Below are positions 59,473 through 64,000 of a DNA stretch of 64,000 nucleotides, piece by piece (the stretch's first letter is position 1; each line of letters opens with the position of its first letter). The DNA is from an uncultured delta proteobacterium. Its GTDB lineage: Bacteria; Desulfobacterota; Binatia; UBA9968. Made by a program: the position numbers and the translations under genes. The notes below the pieces were generated by a model that saw only the letters and a list, made by a program, of their open reading frames with translations, was not told the origin of the DNA and searched no databases. The DNA is taken from assembly GCA_963804165.1 (NCBI GenBank), contig CAWDPO010000006.1, positions 224,001 through 288,000 of the forward strand, given 5' to 3'.

Positions 59473-59886
59473 CTAAGACATCTGCTCATCGGCAAGCTGA
59501 AACTGGTCGACAAGCTTCGCGTAAGCTTCCGGCAATGTCGCTCTCGGCGCGTGACCCCATAGTCCGTCGAGATCGTAAAACTCGCGTACCGGCTCGTAAA
59601 AGACGTGAGCGATGACATCGGAAAAATCGATCAACACCCAGTGACCGCGCTGCATCCCCTCGACGGCGAAGGGCTTGAACCCTTCTTCGCGGCCATTTTC
59701 GTCAAGCCCCTGGGCGATGCTTTGCACTTGGCGGTCCGAACGGCCCGAGCACAAGATGAAATAGTCCGCGATCGACGTGAGCTCGCGAACATCCAGCACC
59801 ACTAAATCATAGGCTTTCTTCTCTAGCGCGAAGCGCGTCAAGAACAGGGCTTTTTCCCATGAGCTGATCGCCGCCAATGTCGTCAT
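59473..59886 (-). CDS. rsfS: Ribosome silencing factor RsfS/Iojap
   Basis: KKAYDLVVLDV, ADYFILCSGRS, WVLIDFSDV, REFYDLDGLW; ATGA overlap with nadD. Confidence 0.95.
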   Translation of the reverse strand: MTTLAAISSWEKALFLTRFALEKKAYDLVVLDVRELTSIADYFILCSGRSDRQVQSIAQGLDENGREEGFKPFAVEGMQRGHWVLIDFSDVIAHVFYEPVREFYDLDGLWGHAPRATLPEAYAKLVDQFQLADEQMS

Positions 59887-60545
59887 CTCTCCCCGCGTCG
59901 GCCGCGATACAGCCCGCGCCGCTTGATATATTTTGCCACCTCGGATGGGAGTAAATAACGGATGGATTTCTCCTGTTTCACCAATGCGCGAATTTCCGAC
60001 GCCGAGATGGCGATATCTGTCAGTTCGATAAAGTAAATGCGCGTGCCGCTCTGATGACAATAATGCTTATGCTTTGAATCATAACAAAAGAGCTTTTTTA
60101 CAGCAACGCCGGTGCCCTTAAGTGGATCGTTGTCCTTGCTGCCCGGCCGAGACGTGACGATAAAATTGCACAGCGGAAAAATCTCGCGAAAATCCTTCCA
60201 CGTGCCAATCTCGCGAAAAGCATCCAGCCCGATGATAAAATAGAGGGAATCCTTGGGCCGTTTGCCTCTGGCAAACGCGCGGATCGTGTCGATCGAGTAA
60301 GAAACGCCGGCGCGCGATAGTTCCTCGGTGGACACGTTGAATCGAGGATTTCGCGCCACCGCCAGGCGCACCATCCGCAAACGATCGCGCGCCGGCGTTG
60401 CGGTCTTTCCACGTTTGTGCGGCGGAATTGACGCCGGGATGAAATGCACGCGATCGAGCCCGTACGTTTCGCTGACTTCCTCAGCGCTGCGCAGATGCCC
60501 CCAATGGATCGGGTCGAAGGTGCCGCCGAAAAGACCGATTTTCAT
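59883..60545 (-). CDS. nadD: Nicotinate-nucleotide adenylyltransferase
   Basis: GGTFDPIHWGH, PPHK, IIGLDAF, ISASEIR. Confidence 0.96.
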   Translation of the reverse strand: MKIGLFGGTFDPIHWGHLRSAEEVSETYGLDRVHFIPASIPPHKRGKTATPARDRLRMVRLAVARNPRFNVSTEELSRAGVSYSIDTIRAFARGKRPKDSLYFIIGLDAFREIGTWKDFREIFPLCNFIVTSRPGSKDNDPLKGTGVAVKKLFCYDSKHKHYCHQSGTRIYFIELTDIAISASEIRALVKQEKSIRYLLPSEVAKYIKRRGLYRGRRGER

Positions 60546-60714
60546 GAGGCGGCAAGGAACCCTGTAGCGAATCCGGTCAAGAGATCCGTAACGGAACGGC
60601 AGGAGTCAGAGAAGCATTCGGGGTAAAGGATAAGGGATATGATTATTTTGTGCGGCAAATCGTGTTGCATCCTGCTTCCGCCCTCCACCTTCATCCATCC
60701 GCCTTTGGCGTAAC

Positions 60715-61986
60715 TTACTCGCGAATCTGTCCGTCGCCGAAAACAATGAATTTGGTTGTCGTCAACTCCTCCAACCCCATCGGGCCAAAGGCATGAATTT
60801 TACTCGTGCTGATGCCGATCTCGGCGCCCAAGCCCAGCTCGCCGCCGTCGTTGAACCGCGTCGACGCATTGACCATCACGGCCGACGAGTTGACCCGCTC
60901 GATGAACTCCCGCGATTTTTGATAATTGGTCGTGACGATGGTTTCGGTATGTTCCGAGCCGTAGCGCTCGATGTGATCGATCGCTTGGTCGATGTCTTTC
61001 ACGATGCGCACGGCGAGAATCAGATCGAGGTACTCTTCAGTCCAATCCGCGTCGGTGGCCGATTTGATCCCCGCCACCAGCGCGCGAGTATTCTCACAGC
61101 CGCGAACTTCGACGCCCGCGGCCTGAAACTTAGTGATCATCGGCGGTAAAAATTTTGCCGCGATCGCTTCGTGCACGAGTAAAGTTTCCATGGCGTTACA
61201 AACCGATGGCCGCTGCACTTTGGCGTTAAAACAGATCTGTTCGGCCATCGCCAGGGACGCATCGGCTTCGACATACACGTGACAGACGCCTTTGTAGTGT
61301 TTGATCACCGGGACTTTGGAATTCGCCACCACGGCGCGAATGAGATCCTCGCCGCCGCGCGGGATGATGAGATCGATATACTGTTCCAGTTGCAGTAGCT
61401 CGTTGACCAGGGTGCGATCTTTGTGCTGCACAACTTGCACGGCGTCCTGCGGCACGCGGGTCTCGGCACAGGCTTGGCGCAGCACGGCGCCGATCGCCTG
61501 GTTGGAATGGTGCGCTTCGCTGCCGCCGCGCAAGATCACCGCGTTGCCGGATTTCAAACACAGCGCCGCAGCGTCCGCCGTGACGTTGGGCCGCGCTTCG
61601 TAAATCATTCCGATCACTCCGAGGGGAATACGCATACGCCCGACCTGCAAACCGTTCGGGCGGCGCCACATTTTCGTCACTTCGCGCACCGGATCGGGCA
61701 ACGCGACAACCTCGCGCAACCCATTCGCCATCGCCTTTATACGTACAGGATCAAGCGCGATACGATCGAGCAGCGCGCTCGATACACCATCCTCCTTGGC
61801 GAACTCGATATCCTTGTTGTTTTCTTCCACGAGGAAGGTGGATTGCGCTTCAAGCTTTTCGGCCATCAGCAGCAAAGCTCGATTCTTTTCCGCCGACGAC
61901 AGCGGCGCCAGTAGGCGAGCGGCGATCTTGGCCTGCTTGCCGAGACGAAGCGCTTCCTGTTTTAGTTTATCGCTTGTACCTGACAT
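60715..61986 (-). CDS. proA: Gamma-glutamyl phosphate reductase
   Basis: [41 protein letters not shown]. Confidence 0.97.
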   Translation of the reverse strand: MSGTSDKLKQEALRLGKQAKIAARLLAPLSSAEKNRALLLMAEKLEAQSTFLVEENNKDIEFAKEDGVSSALLDRIALDPVRIKAMANGLREVVALPDPVREVTKMWRRPNGLQVGRMRIPLGVIGMIYEARPNVTADAAALCLKSGNAVILRGGSEAHHSNQAIGAVLRQACAETRVPQDAVQVVQHKDRTLVNELLQLEQYIDLIIPRGGEDLIRAVVANSKVPVIKHYKGVCHVYVEADASLAMAEQICFNAKVQRPSVCNAMETLLVHEAIAAKFLPPMITKFQAAGVEVRGCENTRALVAGIKSATDADWTEEYLDLILAVRIVKDIDQAIDHIERYGSEHTETIVTTNYQKSREFIERVNSSAVMVNASTRFNDGGELGLGAEIGISTSKIHAFGPMGLEELTTTKFIVFGDGQIRE

Positions 61987-61993
61987 CCGCTTC

Positions 61994-63145
61994 TCACAAC
62001 ACGACCAGATCGTCGCGGTGAATAATTTCTTCGTACGCCTTATAACCCAGCATTTTTTCAATCCTGCTTGTATGCAATCCTTTGATCTGATTCAACTCCT
62101 GAGCGCTATAGTTGACCAAGCCGCGCGCGAATTCCCGTCCGTCCAAGTCCAGGCAGCGCACACACTCGCCAACGCCGAACGCGCCGCGGACTTCTTTCAA
62201 GCCCGACGGCAAAAGACTCTTACCCTTTTGTACGACGGCATCGTGGGCGCCTTGATCGACGACTATCTCGCCGGCAGGTTTCAAGTTGTAGGCAATCCAA
62301 TGCTTGCGGCTGGTGAGTCGAGTGGCTTCCGCCAAGATCAACGTGCCTACCGCATGCTTCTCCTCAAATACTTTGCCGAGGATATCACCGTGCAAGCCGC
62401 TGGCGATCACAGTCGGAATACCCGCCGCCGCTGCCTCCTCCGCCGCGCCCAGCTTGGTCGCGATTCCTCCCGTCCCGACGATGCTGAGACTCTGCCCTTC
62501 GATAGTTTGTCTCAACCCCTTGGCCGCGGTGATCAAGGGAATGAGTTGAGCGTCCGCATGGGCCCGTGGATCCTTATCGTAAACTCCCTCGACGTCGCTG
62601 AGAACGACCAGCAGATCCGCTTCGAGCAGGGTTGCCACCAGCGCCGACAAATGATCGTTGTCGCCGAATTTCATTTCTTCGACGGCCACCGTGTCATTCT
62701 CATTAACGATGGGAATGATCGCCGACTCCAATAACACCTGAAAAGTATGCTTGGCGTTGATATAGCGCTGGCGGTTGGCCAAGTCTTCATGTGTCAACAG
62801 CACCTGCGCCACGCTCTTGTCAAACTTCGAAAACGCGCGTTCGTAGAGCGCCATGAGCTTGATCTGACCGACGGCGGCCAGCGCCTGCTTTTCCGGAATC
62901 GTCTTCGGCCGTTCCTTTCGTCCCAAGCGCGTCATCCCCGCCGCCACTGCGCCTGAGCTCACAACAATGATCTCCTTCTTCTGGTCGTGCAACTCCGCAA
63001 GCTCGCGCACCAATCCACGCAGCCGGGCTTCCTCGATACCGTCGCTCGATGAAAGGATCTGGCTGCCGATCTTGACCACCACACGGCGCGCACGCCGCAG
63101 GATCTCCTTCTTATAGTCCAGCTGCGTCACGAGTTGTTTCGACAT
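61994..63145 (-). CDS. proB: Glutamate 5-kinase
   Basis: VVKIGS, VSSGAV, NENDTV, FGDNDHL, GTGG, PUA domain. Confidence 0.97.
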   Translation of the reverse strand: MSKQLVTQLDYKKEILRRARRVVVKIGSQILSSSDGIEEARLRGLVRELAELHDQKKEIIVVSSGAVAAGMTRLGRKERPKTIPEKQALAAVGQIKLMALYERAFSKFDKSVAQVLLTHEDLANRQRYINAKHTFQVLLESAIIPIVNENDTVAVEEMKFGDNDHLSALVATLLEADLLVVLSDVEGVYDKDPRAHADAQLIPLITAAKGLRQTIEGQSLSIVGTGGIATKLGAAEEAAAAGIPTVIASGLHGDILGKVFEEKHAVGTLILAEATRLTSRKHWIAYNLKPAGEIVVDQGAHDAVVQKGKSLLPSGLKEVRGAFGVGECVRCLDLDGREFARGLVNYSAQELNQIKGLHTSRIEKMLGYKAYEEIIHRDDLVVL

Positions 63146-64000
63146 CCCGTCTAAGCTCTTCCAGTTTTCGTCCGACCAGTAATACCAACGCACGTACGCC
63201 TTCCGTGGTCGCGCCAGAAATGACGTGCAACGGGCGATACTCTTTGGGCAGCTTGTTGGCCAATAGCTTTGCCTTCGCTCTTCCCTCCGGCAGGTCGATC
63301 TTGTTGGCGGCGACGATCTGTGGTTTTCGAGCGAGCTCCGGATCGAACAGCTCGAGTTCACGGTTGATCGTCCGCCACTCCGCCAACGGATCGTTTTCAT
63401 CGATCTGCGCGGCGTCGACGAGATGAATCAGCAAGTTTGTCCGCATCACGTGGCGCAAAAACTTATGCCCCAATCCGTGGCCATCGTGAGCGCCCTCGAT
63501 GAGACCTGGGATGTCCGCAACGACAAAACTTTTCCCTTCGTCATAACCGACTACGCCCAGGTTCGGCACTAGCGTCGTGAATGGATAGTCGGCAATCTTT
63601 GGTCGTACCGCGGAGATCGTCGCGATCAATGTCGATTTGCCGGCGTTGGGTAAGCCGATGATACCCACGTCCGCCAACAGCCTGAGCTCGATTTCAAGTT
63701 CGCGTTCCTGCCCCGCTTCGCCGGGCTGGGCATAACGCGGGCTTCTGTTGGTCGACGAGGCAAAATGAGCGTTACCTTTGCCGCCGCGGCCGCCGGCGGC
63801 GATAACCTCTCGTTCGCCGGTCTTTTTCAGGTCAGCCAGAAGCTCGCCGGTTTCATGGTCTCGAATGATCGTCCCGACGGGGACTTTGATCACGCGTTCC
63901 TCTCCGCGCCGCCCGTGGCAGTCGCTGCTCATGCCATTACCGCCGCGGCCGCCCTTCACTAACTTTTGATAACGTAGATCTAGAAGTGTCGTCAGCTGGG
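63111..64000 (-). CDS. obgE: GTPase ObgE/CgtA (5' part outside window)
   Basis: GGRGGKGN, GLPNAGKST, IADYPFTT, DIPGLIEGA, NKID; frame open to the window end (TTLLDLRYQK). Confidence 0.97.
   Translation of the reverse strand, partial: QLTTLLDLRYQKLVKGGRGGNGMSSDCHGRRGEERVIKVPVGTIIRDHETGELLADLKKTGEREVIAAGGRGGKGNAHFASSTNRSPRYAQPGEAGQERELEIELRLLADVGIIGLPNAGKSTLIATISAVRPKIADYPFTTLVPNLGVVGYDEGKSFVVADIPGLIEGAHDGHGLGHKFLRHVMRTNLLIHLVDAAQIDENDPLAEWRTINRELELFDPELARKPQIVAANKIDLPEGRAKAKLLANKLPKEYRPLHVISGATTEGVRALVLLVGRKLEELRRDVETTRDAAGL

Overview
A ~57% GC bacterial chromosomal window. The gene complement (many NMT1/THI5-like and TTT/Bug-like binding proteins, amidohydrolase_2, obgE-proB-proA-nadD-rsfS-gpmI order) suggests a deltaproteobacteria-like organism such as Candidatus Binatia; this is an inference. 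Housekeeping blocks at about 0-26 kb (typA, AsmA/YhdP-like, KimA-like permease, tatA, degP-like, mgtE, purMN, ABC operon) and about 50-64 kb (metH with an ArsR-methyltransferase/SahR-like regulator, DTW protein, comF, gpmI, rsfS, nadD, proAB, obgE) flank a patchy accessory region (about 26-50 kb) of small genes, gene remnants and REP-like palindromes. The most notable locus is 20.1-21.8 kb, a three-level nested insertion: a ~130-bp palindromic repeat, interrupted by a ~145-bp MITE (13-bp perfect TIRs, ACGA duplication), itself interrupted by an IS110/IS1111-type element with a GT core. That element's downstream end folds into a ~180-nt bridge/seekRNA-like structure that overlaps the transposase C-terminal codons and carries loop sequences matching the element's own end junction and, less certainly, its target. 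Many core genes near both window ends carry single-base frameshifts, most likely long-read indel errors. No rRNA, tRNA or CRISPR array was seen.
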